Program-made: the position numbers and the translations under genes
The notes under the pieces: model-generated
What the model saw: only the letters and a program-made list of their open reading frames with translations
Told to the model about the DNA's origin: nothing
The model's database searches: none
Assembly (NCBI GenBank): GCA_025594325.1
Contig: JANHCV010000008.1
Coordinates: 1-64,000 of the forward strand
Source of the DNA: Blastocladiella emersonii ATCC 22665
Lineage: Eukaryota; Fungi; Blastocladiomycota
DNA: 64,000 nucleotides
Direction of reading: 5' to 3'
Shown here: positions 35,429-46,313 of the stretch, piece after piece
Position numbering within the stretch: the stretch's first letter is position 1
How the letters are laid out: the number at the start of each line of letters is the position of its first letter

Positions 35429-36745
35429 ATGCCGTCTGCCGCAATCTGCTACGGCCTGTGCTACCCCAACACCGCCGTCCCCACGCCCGGCTGTGACGTA
35501 GACGCGGCGACCATGTCGGGCGTTGCCGCGGGGATGGGCATCGAGGACATCCAGACCATCACCGACACGGCCGCGCCCGTGACGCGCGAGCAGGTTCTCG
35601 GCAGCCTGCGCGAGCTGGTGGCGCAGGCCGAGCCGGGCGACTCGCTGCTCTTCTCGTTCTCGGGGCTCGGCAGCCAGCGCACCGACACGTCCGGCGACGA
35701 GGCCGGCGACGGCTACGATGAGTTGCTGGTGACCGAGACGGGCGCGGTCACGGACGACGAGATCCGCGCGGTCCTCGCCTCGCTGCCCGCGGGCGCCAAC
35801 CTCGCGCTCGTCCTCGACGCGTCCAACTCCGAGTCCATGGCCGACCTCGACCTCGGGGGTACCGAGATCGCGGGCAACGTGGTCGTCCTCGCGGCGTGCG
35901 CGGCGGACCGCCAGGCGGTCGGGGACGCGGCCGGCGGCCGATTCACCAACGCGCTCGCGGACGTGCTCGCCAACCACCCGGGCATCTCGTGGGGCGAGGC
36001 CGCGGCGCGCATCGACGCAGCCGACGGTAGCAACGACCAAGTCGCCAACGTCGCGGCGAACCGCGCCGAGCTCCTGTTCGAGCCCGCGTTTGCGCCGGTG
36101 CAGGCGCCTGCGACCGACGCGGACGCGGACGCGGCGAGCGGGTTCGACGCGGACCCGAGTAGCGACGTGGCCAAGGCCGAGGCGGCTCTCCGCGCGTCGA
36201 ACGCCGCGACGGACCCGACGGTCACGCGCGAGCGGCTCGGCATGGACGACTCGCTCGAGGTGCAGCAGTTCGCGTCGGGCGGCGAAATCCGGACGTACTT
36301 TGACGGCGAGGTGGCGGCGGCGAAGGCGGTGGTGGCGGCGGACGGGTCGGTGGTGCTCGCGTCGGACTCGACGCACGACGGGGTCATGGACACGGTGGCG
36401 CGGTTCGACGCGGCTACGGGCCACCTGCAGACGGCGGCGGCGGATCTCGACGGCGATGGGTTCTTCGAGACGCAGCTTGTGGAGCAGGGCGCGCGCGCGT
36501 TCGCCGTGTACGACGCGCACGGGAACGTGGTGCAGGAGGTTGACGCAGACGGCGACGGGTTCGCGGACGCGGACGTCGACCTCGACGGCGACGGGTTCGC
36601 GGACGCGGACGTCGACCTCGACGGCGACGGGGAGGTCGACATGGCGCAGGGGTTTGACCTGCAGAAGGCGGCGTACCTGCCCGCGCTCAACATGGACGCG
36701 GGCGAGCCGGATCTCGGGTACTCGGCATTTGGGATTGACGGGTGA
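35429..36745 (+). CDS. Catalytically inactive metacaspase-fold protein with Dx[DN]xDG repeats (copy 2)
   Basis: Tandem paralog with FSFSGLG (His to Leu), LDASNSE (Cys to Ser), GYDELL and TDDEI. The tail has several DxDGDG loops. Confidence 0.8.
   Translation: MPSAAICYGLCYPNTAVPTPGCDVDAATMSGVAAGMGIEDIQTITDTAAPVTREQVLGSLRELVAQAEPGDSLLFSFSGLGSQRTDTSGDEAGDGYDELLVTETGAVTDDEIRAVLASLPAGANLALVLDASNSESMADLDLGGTEIAGNVVVLAACAADRQAVGDAAGGRFTNALADVLANHPGISWGEAAARIDAADGSNDQVANVAANRAELLFEPAFAPVQAPATDADADAASGFDADPSSDVAKAEAALRASNAATDPTVTRERLGMDDSLEVQQFASGGEIRTYFDGEVAAAKAVVAADGSVVLASDSTHDGVMDTVARFDAATGHLQTAAADLDGDGFFETQLVEQGARAFAVYDAHGNVVQEVDADGDGFADADVDLDGDGFADADVDLDGDGEVDMAQGFDLQKAAYLPALNMDAGEPDLGYSAFGIDG
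36548..36631 (+). repeat. Perfect 36-bp intragenic tandem repeat (2 full units plus a 12-bp partial) encoding DGDGFADADVDL
   Basis: GACGGCGACGGGTTCGCGGACGCGGACGTCGACCTC occurs twice in tandem, followed by GACGGCGACGGG. Confidence 0.9.
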
Positions 36746-36869
36746 GTAGTGCGATATTATACAACTCGCTGTGATTTTTCTCAATCAAAGCAACGAGCGA
36801 GGAGGTGACAATGGTGGTATATTACACTAGCAGGCGACGAGCGCGGAGCGACGGAAACGCGTCGCGTCG

Positions 36870-37750
36870 CTACTCGTCCTTCTTGGCGGCGCGGGGCGGC
36901 AAGGGGAAGAAGATGGAGGTGCGGGCCTTGTATTCCTGGTACTCCTTGAGGTGGCCGTAGCGCTTGTCGGCCGAGTTCTCGAGGAGGCGGACGCCCGAGC
37001 CAAAGTAGAGGAGCAGGGTGACAAAGACCGGGGAGAGCACGGCGACCCAGTTCCAGGCGTCGACAAAGCCGCTGGCGCACAGCAGGAACATGCCGTACCA
37101 GAGGGTGACCTCGCCGACTAGTTTCAGGGGTGGCAAGGTGAGTGACGAGATCGAGGGCGTGGGAACGCGAGGAAGAGGGGGAGCGTACAGTAGTTGGGGT
37201 GGCGCGAGTAGGCCCAGAGGCCCGAGGTGATGAACTTGGACGGGTTGGCGTTCTTGAAGGTGTTCTTCTGGTGGTCGGCAATGGTCTCGATGGCGAACCC
37301 GGCGACCCAGACGGCAGCGCCGACGGCGTCGAGGGCGTTGAGGTCGGGCATGCGCGAGGCGGGGTTGGTGGCGACAATGTAGACGGCGAGGCCGGTGAAC
37401 CAGACCCAGGCGGTCTGTGCGGTGAAGGCGAAGAGGAAGCGGACGGGCGAGGTCTTGATGTCGTCGAAGCGGTGGTCGTGGCCGGCGCGGCGCACGCGGC
37501 GGAACAGGAACAGGCCGAGGCGCGAGCACCACACGAGCGACAGGGCGGCGGCGGCGAGCTGGCGCGGGTGCAGGTCGGCGAGCGACTCGGCGGCGGGGCG
37601 GTCGAGCAGGGCCGTGGCGAAGCACGCCGTGTAGGTGAGGGCGCCCGACAGGTCGTAGAAGTGCTCGGTCTGCAGCGGGGCCGAGAAGGCCCAGGTCGCG
37701 AGCTGGATGCCCGCGTCGATGACGAAGACGAGGAGGAGGCCGCCGAGCAT
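36870..37750 (-). CDS. DUF1295 / steroid 5-alpha-reductase-like polytopic membrane protein
   Basis: FYDLSG, RLGLFLFRR, DHRF, FAIETIADHQK, FITSGLWAYSRHPNY/FGE and LLENSADKRYG motifs. One intron within NY-FGE. Confidence 0.85.
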
Positions 37751-38044
37751 CGTCGTTACGTTCGATCCGTTGGTTTTCGTGTGTTTTCGTTCCCTTTGAG
37801 GGAGCGCGGACGCGCGGCGGGTACTTGTAGTCGTTGCGGGCACTCGCCGGCGTGGATTACATGTCCATGAGCAAGCTGCTCGGGATGGTGACGGAGCGCG
37901 AGCCGATCGCCCGCGCGCAGCCGTCGCGCCGCGCCGCGCCGATGCCGAGCGGACGGTGGCGCCCATGTGGTGGCGCACCCCTCTCCCCTCGCTGACACAC
38001 GCGGACGGATGTCAAATGAATACAGGATCTATTGTTTATTGCTT

Positions 38045-39613
38045 CTACTCATCGTCCTCGTCCTCATCGTCCTCGTCGCCGTCGCTCACGCCCGCGTCGA
38101 TCCCGACCCACCCGGCCGTCGTCCCGCCGCGCACCCGCCGCCCGCGCGGCAGCTTGTGCACCACCTCGTCGTCGTTGCCCGTGAACGCCGTGTGCACCCC
38201 ACTGTCTTTCGCTGCTGCCGCGACCGCCGCCGCCGCCGCGCCCGTCCGCGTCACGGCAGGCGGCGCGATGAGCTCGGGCACCGCGACCGCCGCGCGCGGG
38301 ATCGCCGAGAGGTTGCCCTGCAGCCGCGCCCACCGCTTCTTGGTGATCACCGGCCGCCGGTCGCGCGTCAGCGCCGCCGCGATCTCGGCGTCCGTCGGGT
38401 ACTTTGCCGCCGCCGACTCGCTGCCGCCCGGCAGCGCGCCCGACTCCATCATCACGTAGCGCACCATCAGCCGGCACGAGTGCGGGCCGAAGATAAAGTA
38501 CGACTTGTGCTTGGTCGCCGCCGCCGCCGCCGCCGCTGCGCTGCCCGCCGCGAATGCCGAGTGGTTCGGCAGCGGGACCATGGTCGTCGCCGCACTGGCG
38601 CCGCGCACCTGTGCCCGAAGCGCGCGCCGGCTCGGTGACGGCTTCCCGCCGCTTCCGCCGCGCGGCTTACGAGCCGGCTTGGCCGAGGCGACCGGCGGCG
38701 ACGGCATCGCGAGCGCGTTAACGAGCGGCGACAGGCCCGACTCGGCCGCGGGGGCCGCAAACTGCGCGAACGCCGCCAGGTCGAGCGGCGCCATGGGCGG
38801 CAGCTGCGGCGCGAGCATCGAGCCCGGCGCGTCCGCCGCCAGCGCCCACGGCGAGAGCGACAGTGACGCCGCTGGGACCGACGCGGGCGAGACCACGGGC
38901 GACGAGTGGTGCAGGTGGTGGTGGGGGTGGTAGTTGTTGGGCGGGAACGGCGCGCAGCACGCGCACCCTGGACCGCTGGCGCTGCTCATGGCGTCGTGCG
39001 GCCCGTAGTACTGGTGCTGGTGGTGGTGGTGCGGCGGGTACCGGTACCGCGACTGCGGAACGTGCCGCGCGTGTGCGTGGTGAGGGTGCGGGTGGTGGTG
39101 GAGCGGCGCGCGCTCGTACGGGTGGTACCCGTGGTAATGCCCGCCGCCGCCGCCTGACGCGCACCCGTGCGAGTGCTGGCACGAGCAGCACGCGTGCGCC
39201 GGGCCGCCGACCGACGGCGGGCTGCCCATGGCCGACGCAAACGGGTCGACGAGCGAGCTCGCAGCCGTCGCCGCCGAGTCGAGCGGGTACACGTTGCCGT
39301 GCGACGAGTGCTCGAACGGCAGCTGCTGCTGGACCTGCGGCGTCGGCTGCTGCCAGTCGAACGTCTGCCACAGCGACGACGCGGCCGACTTCGCGTGCAG
39401 TTGCTGCTGCTGCTGCGGGTGCGAGTCGACGCCCGCGGTTGCCGTCATGGACACGGCTGGGTAGTTGACGCCGGGCGAGATCGCCGTGAGCGGCGGCAGC
39501 GGCGGCGGCGCAAGATGCACGTCGCCGCCGCCCAGCTGCTGTTGCTGCCACGACGCGAGCTCGAGCTCGGCGGGCGACGGCAGCACGAGGCCGCGCTTTC
39601 GTTCCCAACGCAC
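38045..39613 (-). CDS. Hypothetical low-complexity Gln/His/Pro/Ala-rich protein (start uncertain)
   Basis: 522-aa ORF with biased codon usage, poly-Q and poly-H tracts, a small globular-looking segment (KSYFIFGPHSCRLMVRYVMME) and an acidic tail. Confidence 0.5.
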   Translation of the reverse strand: MRWERKRGLVLPSPAELELASWQQQQLGGGDVHLAPPPLPPLTAISPGVNYPAVSMTATAGVDSHPQQQQQLHAKSAASSLWQTFDWQQPTPQVQQQLPFEHSSHGNVYPLDSAATAASSLVDPFASAMGSPPSVGGPAHACCSCQHSHGCASGGGGGHYHGYHPYERAPLHHHPHPHHAHARHVPQSRYRYPPHHHHQHQYYGPHDAMSSASGPGCACCAPFPPNNYHPHHHLHHSSPVVSPASVPAASLSLSPWALAADAPGSMLAPQLPPMAPLDLAAFAQFAAPAAESGLSPLVNALAMPSPPVASAKPARKPRGGSGGKPSPSRRALRAQVRGASAATTMVPLPNHSAFAAGSAAAAAAAATKHKSYFIFGPHSCRLMVRYVMMESGALPGGSESAAAKYPTDAEIAAALTRDRRPVITKKRWARLQGNLSAIPRAAVAVPELIAPPAVTRTGAAAAAVAAAAKDSGVHTAFTGNDDEVVHKLPRGRRVRGGTTAGWVGIDAGVSDGDEDDEDEDDE

Positions 39614-40295
39614 ACGTCCGTCGCTTGCTTTTGGATCCCGAGACCACGATCTCGGGGCTCAGATGCGACCTTACGAAGTACTCTACGCGAAGCTGCAGCT
39701 GCACGGCCGAGCTGCGCGTCAAGTGGACTACACGCTCCCTCGAGGAAGCTTCTTCGATGCTACTATTAGACATTGGAGGCTTTACTCGGCTTCACACAGC
39801 GATGGATGGGCACGGTCGGCAACCAGCGGCGCTGCCTTGCGGGGAGCGCATTCACACGCATTGCTCTCCGGATCGGCACACCCTGAGCTGCGGGAGTCCT
39901 CAACGGTGGCCAAATCCTGCTTAGAGATCCAGGATTTCCGTCCGCGAAGAGCAACGCGATCGCCGGCACGGTGGCTCGAGCATGAATGGAGGACGCCTCG
40001 CGACCGTCAGCTGCACGGAGCGGGTGGTAAATTCTACCGCTCTGGAAGTCGACGAGGCACTCAGTCGGCATTATATTGCAAGAAGTTAGGTGTCCATTCG
40101 CTGGCGTGGTGTGTGCGTTCCGAGGCGCAAGCGAGAGGAGGAGGTGTCTCGCGCACACGTGATATCGGAACGCGTCGACATCGCCGTCGAGTCGGGCGCG
40201 CTGGGCGCGCGTCTCGCGCCAAGTCTCCCTGTTCGCGTCAGGCTCTCGCAAGCTTACCTCACGCGCACGGTTTGTAATCTGGAACTAGAATGAAA

Positions 40296-40700
40296 TCAAT
40301 GTATTGAGCTCTCGCCGAGATCCACTGCTCGCTGCCCTCCACCCGCGTCGCCTTCGCCGCCCTTGCTTGCGCTCGGATCAGCTTCGTAACGCGGCAGCGC
40401 GTCCCACCCATCGTCATCGTCTCGCACTAAATCGTCGAGCATGTTGCGGGAAACAACAGGGTGGAGTACGATGCCCCGCTCAACCACCGCCGCCACGTCC
40501 GACGGCATCGCAGAGAGTGCAGCGCGGTCGCACAGCCGACGGCAGAGGTGCACGGCGAGCGGCGGGCCGACCACGATCACGGCGAGCAGGGCGAACAGGA
40601 AGTAGGTCCATGGATTCTCGATGGCCGACGGTCTGGTGCTGTCCGCGGTGCGCAGGCCGCGTGGAATGGGGCCGTCAGAGCGTGGGATGAGGCGGAGCGA
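40296..40700 (-). CDS. Single-pass membrane protein with LPRY motif (copy 2; 5' end unresolved, possibly degenerate)
   Basis: ENPWTYFLFALLAVIVVGPPLAV...VVERG...WDALPRYEAD aligns with 30011..30811. The upstream part does not align cleanly. Confidence 0.45.
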   Translation of the reverse strand, partial: SLRLIPRSDGPIPRGLRTADSTRPSAIENPWTYFLFALLAVIVVGPPLAVHLCRRLCDRAALSAMPSDVAAVVERGIVLHPVVSRNMLDDLVRDDDDGWDALPRYEADPSASKGGEGDAGGGQRAVDLGESSIH

Positions 40701-41036
40701 AGTGCACGACGGTGGACAGGTCGAGCAAGACAGGAGCGTCGCTTCCGTGTATGCGAAGTGGTGGGAAGCGAGACGCGCCGCGCGCGCGGCTCCGCCGAAC
40801 AGCAAGCTTTGGATGACGTGGCAAAGAGATTGCAGCAAGTAATGCGTAAAGCTATTCCATGAGATACATGCTAAGCGATGGGTGCGGGTTGAAGGAGAGA
40901 GAGAAAGAGCGACACGCGCGGCGCGTTCAGCCCAGCAGCGTTCAGCCTGTGCCACGCGCCGCTTCCGCCCGCTCGCGAAGGAGCACCAACTAGGCAGTGA
41001 TTATCGATTTGATGGTGGTTTGGATACATGGGTTGT

Positions 41037-43072
41037 TCACACGACACCAACGACGAGGACGACGACGACGCGGCGGCGCTGGATGTGCTCGTGATGACGG
41101 CGGCGGTCGAAGCCGAGCGCCTGGCCGTGTTCATGTCGCGCGGCACGGTCGGCAGCAGCGTCGCGGCCCTCTTGGCCACGTCGGCGAGCGCCATGCCGAT
41201 CGCGTGTGCGTGCGTCGCAGCAGGCCCCGTCGGTCGGCGACGGTGCGCGAGAGACGGAGCGGGCGCCAGCAGCTCTACATGGCGAGCAGTGAGTGGTGCC
41301 GATCTGGAGTAGGGAAGCGACTGAGGAACGCGTAGCAGGCGCACCGGCGGGCGGGTGCGCGCACATCAGGTGCGGACGGGCCGTGTGGTCTTTGGCGCCG
41401 GCGTTGGACTCGTCGGGGTGGCGGATGGTGATGGTCGCATCAACGAGCGGCATGCGCTCGTCCCACACCGCGACCGCAAGCGGCGACTCGGCCGGTAACG
41501 CGTTGACGCCGTGCAAGACCGGGATGAGGTATAAGTCGCTCTTGCCGCGGCCGCACGACCCCTGGTACGCGTCCGACACGACCCCGTTCATAGACCCGGT
41601 GCCGTGGCGGGCTGGGACGGCGTGGCCTTGAGGAGCAAGAGCCTAGCGCGCGCCGAGAGGTTGAGTGGATCGCGGCACGGATGATATCGCGTGCGACCAG
41701 GCGCGACGCGATGTTGATCTCGCCTGCGCCGATCTCGGTCTCGCCTGCCAAATTCTCGACCTTGACGTCGCGTACCGCGTCGATCCGCACCTCGCCGACG
41801 TCGCGCAGGTACATCAGCCAGCGGTCACGGCGCGACGCGGCGGGTTGCGCGGCGGGCTGCGCGCCGAGCTCGTCGTGCTCAGACACGGTGGCGCGGCGCT
41901 GCTGGAGCTTGGTCTCGACGTCGTCCTGCGCCTGCCGCTGCCCTGCGGCGTCCTGCAGACCTTCCAGTACGAGCGCGACCCGGACGCGGTTGAGCTGGCC
42001 GAGTACAGGACTCGAGATCCGCGTGGCGGGCTGGGTCACTTCGCCCTCGACGGCGAGCAGCGGGGGCTCAAGGGCAGTGGCGTGGTGGGCAGCGGAAGAT
42101 TGTCGGCGAGATCAGGGGCCACCGCTTGATCACGACGGGTTCGGTGTCCTTGAGGCGGCGGATGCACTCGTGGCCGTACCCGACCTCGAGGACGAAGTCG
42201 CGACAGGCAGGGTTTCTTGATCACGTAGGACTTGGTCGTGCCGCCGCGCGAGTTGATGACGGACGTCGTGGAGCCGTAGACCTCGTCGTCGGGCGGGGGC
42301 ATGTCTTCAAGAGCGACGAAGCGCTCTTCGAGCCGCTGCTGGTTCTCGGGCCTAGCAAGACGCACGGCGGGCTCGCGCGGGGCCGCGGAGCCGTCGTCCA
42401 GATGGAAGCCGTCGGTTATCGTGTCGCATCCGAGAATAAAGCCGTAGATGTTCGAAAACGCGTTCTTCTGCACAACCGTGCTGAGCCCGAGTTGCGCTGA
42501 GATTGAGAAGCGGCGCTGGAGCGCGACGTGCGGCGTATTGGTGCCGTCGGCGCGCAGCGAGCGCAGATTGCCGACGCCATCCTCGCACACGGCGCAATTG
42601 GTGCCGTGGACGACCTGCTCCTTGTCGGCGATGAACCCGTTACTGTCGCTGTGACGGGCACCCTCGTACTGCGGGTCGCGCACCACCTCGTTGCACTGGA
42701 TCAACGGACACGACGCCGCGCTCCTTGATTCGCACGAGCGGCACAGTAGCGACTAGCTCGCGGTCCTCGACCGTCCACAAGCGCCGCGACGGCGCAAGCT
42801 TGGCGAGGACGCGCATCGAGTGCGTTCGCTACAAGTCGACGGTGTTGTTGTCGTGGCCGACTAGGGCGAGGTATATGCGCGGGTCGGGCGCGTGGAACAA
42901 GCCCTCGATCGCGACGGCGAGGGACTCGAGCCGCGGCGGACGGCCCCGTGCCGAGCGTCGCGTTTCTCCAGAGGAAGCCGCATAGCTTCTCGCGCGTCAT
43001 GAGCTCGCGCTCGGTCAAGATCTTAGCGAGGTGGCAAGCGTTGCGGCAGCGGAGGTCCGAGGTGGTCATGGT
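41037..43072 (-). pseudogene. Heavily disrupted gene of unrecognised family
   Basis: Consecutive minus-strand segments with GC3-rich, protein-like codon usage switch frame about 5 times and include an in-frame TAG. No family recognised. Confidence 0.35.
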
Positions 43073-43514
43073 CATGGCCATCGCGGCCGCACGCGTGGTT
43101 CCGCGGGCCAGCGTGCTGTAGACGTCGTGACAACATAAATGCAGCAACTGAGCTAGTGGTTCGGTTTCATTAAATACATGGTAGGTGGCGACGCAGGTTA
43201 GAGAAGGGTAGAGGATAGGGAGAAGCGACGCTGAGAGACGCGTCGGTTGGCTGGTCGCTGAGGTGGCCGCCCGCTCGCGACGCCACTACGCCAGGTCGGT
43301 GCCGACCTCACCACTTCTGATTTCTCGCCTGAAGGAGCGAGCGAGGCGAGATCCACTATAAACGATTCCATTTACTCGTCGGATAGAGGGGCATAGCGGC
43401 CGGAGACAAAGAGAGGGTAAGGGTGAACAAGAATCATCATTCCATGATACTGGGCTCATAGGATCGACAGGGAGGGTGATGGAAGATACGAAGAGGGTGC
43501 GGGGGACGCCGTAT

Positions 43515-44013
43515 TTAGGCGAACTGCTTGGAGAACTGGCTGCAGGCCGAAGCAAGGGCCTCCTCACTCGCGGGCGAGAGCTGGCCCTCCTTGCGGATGG
43601 TGGCGAGGAGCTCGGCATGGTTGGCCTTGATGTAGGGCAGGAAGGCGGCCTCGAACTCGGTGATGCGCTTGACGTCGACGCGGTCGAGGTGGCCCTTGAC
43701 ACCGGCGAAGATGAGGGCGACCTGCTCCTCGACGGCGAGGGGCGAGTACTGGGGCTGCTTGAGCAGCTCGGTGAGGCGGGCGCCACGGCCGAGGAGGAAC
43801 TGGGTCGACGCGTCGAGGTCCGAGCCGAACTGGGCGAAGGCGGCAACCTCACGGTACTGGGCGAGGAAGAGCTTGAGCGAGCCGGCGACCTGGCGCATGG
43901 CCTTCTGCTGGGCAGCGGAACCGACACGGGACACGGACAGACCGACGTTGATGGCGGGGCGGATACCCTTGAAGAAGAGCTCGGCCTCGAGGAAGATCTG
44001 GCCGTCGGTAATG

Positions 44014-44044
<31 letters not shown>

Positions 44045-45875
44045 CATCACCACCCTGGGTCTCGATGACGGGGAGGGCGGTCAGGGAGCCGGCGCCGAAC
44101 TCGTCCGACATCTTGGCGGCGCGCTCGAGGAGACGCGAGTGGAGGTAGAAGACGTCACCGGGGTAGGCCTCGCGACCGGGGGGACGGCGGAGGAGGAGCG
44201 ACATCTGGCGGTAGGCCACGGCCTGCTTGGACAGATCGTCGTAAATGATGAGGGCGTGCTTGCCGTTGTCACGGAACCACTCGCCCATGGCGCAGCCCGA
44301 GTAGGGGGCGAGGAACTGGAGCGGGGCGGCCTCCGAGGCGGTGGCGGCAACGACGATCGAGTACTTGAGCGCGTCGTTCTCCTCGAGCGTCTGCACGAAC
44401 TGGGCCACGGTCGAGCGCTTCTGGCCGACGGCGACGTAGACACAGTACAGCTTCTTGGCCTCGTCGGCGCCCTCGTTCCAGCGCTTCTGGTTGAGGATGG
44501 TGTCGAGGGCGACGGCGGTCTTGCCGGTCTGGCGATCGCCAATGATCAGCTCACGCTGGCCACGGCCGATGGGGACCATCGAGTCGATGCACTTGAGGCC
44601 GGTCTGCATGGGCTCGTGGACCGACTTGCGGGGGATAATGCCGGGGGCCTTGACCTGGACACGCGACGACACGACGTTCTTGAGGGGACCCTTGCCGTCG
44701 ATGGGGTTGCCGAGACCGTCGACAACGCGGCCGAGGAGGCCCTCGCCGATCGGGACGTCGACAATCTTGCCGGTGCGCTTGACGGTGTCGCCCTCCTTGA
44801 TGAGGCGGTCGTTACCGAACACGACGACACCGACGTTGTCGGCCTCGAGGTTGAGGGCCATACCCTGGTAGTAGTGGTCACGTGGAGTGGGGGTGAGCGG
44901 GCTGATCAACAAGTTTTTTTCGCCCCACCCACTCTGACCGCAGCCAGAGCGGGCGAGCGCGACGCGAGCTCCGCCCAAAAATTGCGTACCTTGATGCCCG
45001 ACGAGAACTCGACCATCTCCTCGGCCTGGACGTTCTTGAGGCCGTAGACACGGGCGATACCGTCACCGATCGACAGGACGCGGCCAGTCTCCTGGACATC
45101 GACGTTGGCCGACGAGCCGAGGATGCGGTCCTCGAGGATCGACGAGAGCTCCGAAGCGCCTATTTGGGGGAAACAGTCAGATCGAGGTCGGGCGATCGTG
45201 GGCGATAACGGGCGCAAAAAAACGTACCGGGCTTGGCCGCGGCGCTCTTGAGAGCGACGTTGGAGAAGGCGCGCGAGGCGGGGCGCGCCTGTAGACGGGC
45301 GAGAGGATCGGGGGTCAGTGAACACGTTCGTGCGGTGGGTGGGGCGGGAGGGCGGGCGGGATGAGGGGGATGGTGGGTGCGGCCCTCGTCGTCAGTCAGC
45401 GTCGTCGTCACCGGTGCGGGTCGCCGCTGGCCGAGCTGCTCGAGGATGGTGGTCGCGGGCGGCGAGCAGGGCGATCGAGGTCAAACGGGCAGCGAGCCGA
45501 CAGACTCGGCGACAACCGACGACCGCTGCTGCTCGAGCCCGAGGTCGATCGGTGCGATGCGGCTCGAGTCGAGGTGCCACACAGCGCGGCGAGGCCGGGC
45601 CCGCGCGTTGGTCAGAGCCCGCGAACATGTTGTCGAAGGCGAGCGAGCGACGACGACGACGACCAGGACCGCGATCGCTCGCGCGCACCCTCGCGGAGGC
45701 GGAGCGGGTGGCGCGGGTGCAAGGGCGAGCATGCGCGGCAGGCAGGCAGGCAGGTGGGCCGCGCGTGACGACGACGAAGACGACGAGGGCGGGGTGCGGG
45801 CGAGGGCGGGGGCGCTCGCGCAGCGACACGTACGTAGGCGGCGCGGGCGGCCGAGCGAACGACGGTGCTGAACAT
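43515..45875 (-). CDS. ATP1: Mitochondrial F1 ATP synthase subunit alpha (nuclear-encoded)
   Basis: Presequence [14 protein letters not shown], then [15 protein letters not shown], the GDRQTGKT Walker A motif and [21 protein letters not shown]. Three introns, the first at 45289-45833. Confidence 0.97.
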
Positions 45876-46313
45876 GGCGACGAAGTGGTGGTGGACGACG
45901 GCGACGGGAGCGAGGGCCAGGTCGCGGAGGCGGAGGGGAGAAGAGCGGGGCGGGCGAGGGCGGGGGCGCGTGCGGGCGGGCGGCGTGTGCGAGTGCTCTC
46001 GGGCCGGCCAACTCGGCGAAGAACGGCTCGCTCTGACCCAGAGGGAAAACAAACCGGGCGAAAACCGCGGTCCAGTGGACTCACATGCGCGCCCAGCCAC
46101 CGCCCGACAGCCGTGGCACCCCCCGGTTTCGCGGGTTCGCGTCACCTGACCCGCCCCGCTTCCGCCCGCCCGCACGTGCCGCCGCGCGCGAAAAAAGTGT
46201 CTCCCGTCTCGCCCGCCGCCTCCGCGGTCGGACGCGCCGCGCGCGCGTCGCTTCGCCGACGCTCTCGCTCTCGCCTGCCCACACACCTACACATTACATG
46301 CAACGCAATCACC

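Noticed and set aside
11491-37750. Secondary-metabolite gene cluster (P450s plus DUF1295 reductase-like gene)
   Set aside because: No backbone enzyme (PKS, NRPS or terpene synthase) is visible, and the P450s are interleaved with housekeeping genes.
45289-45833. Intron-encoded box C/D snoRNA in the long ATP1 intron
   Set aside because: I found no RTGATGA C box paired with a terminal CTGA and stem by eye.
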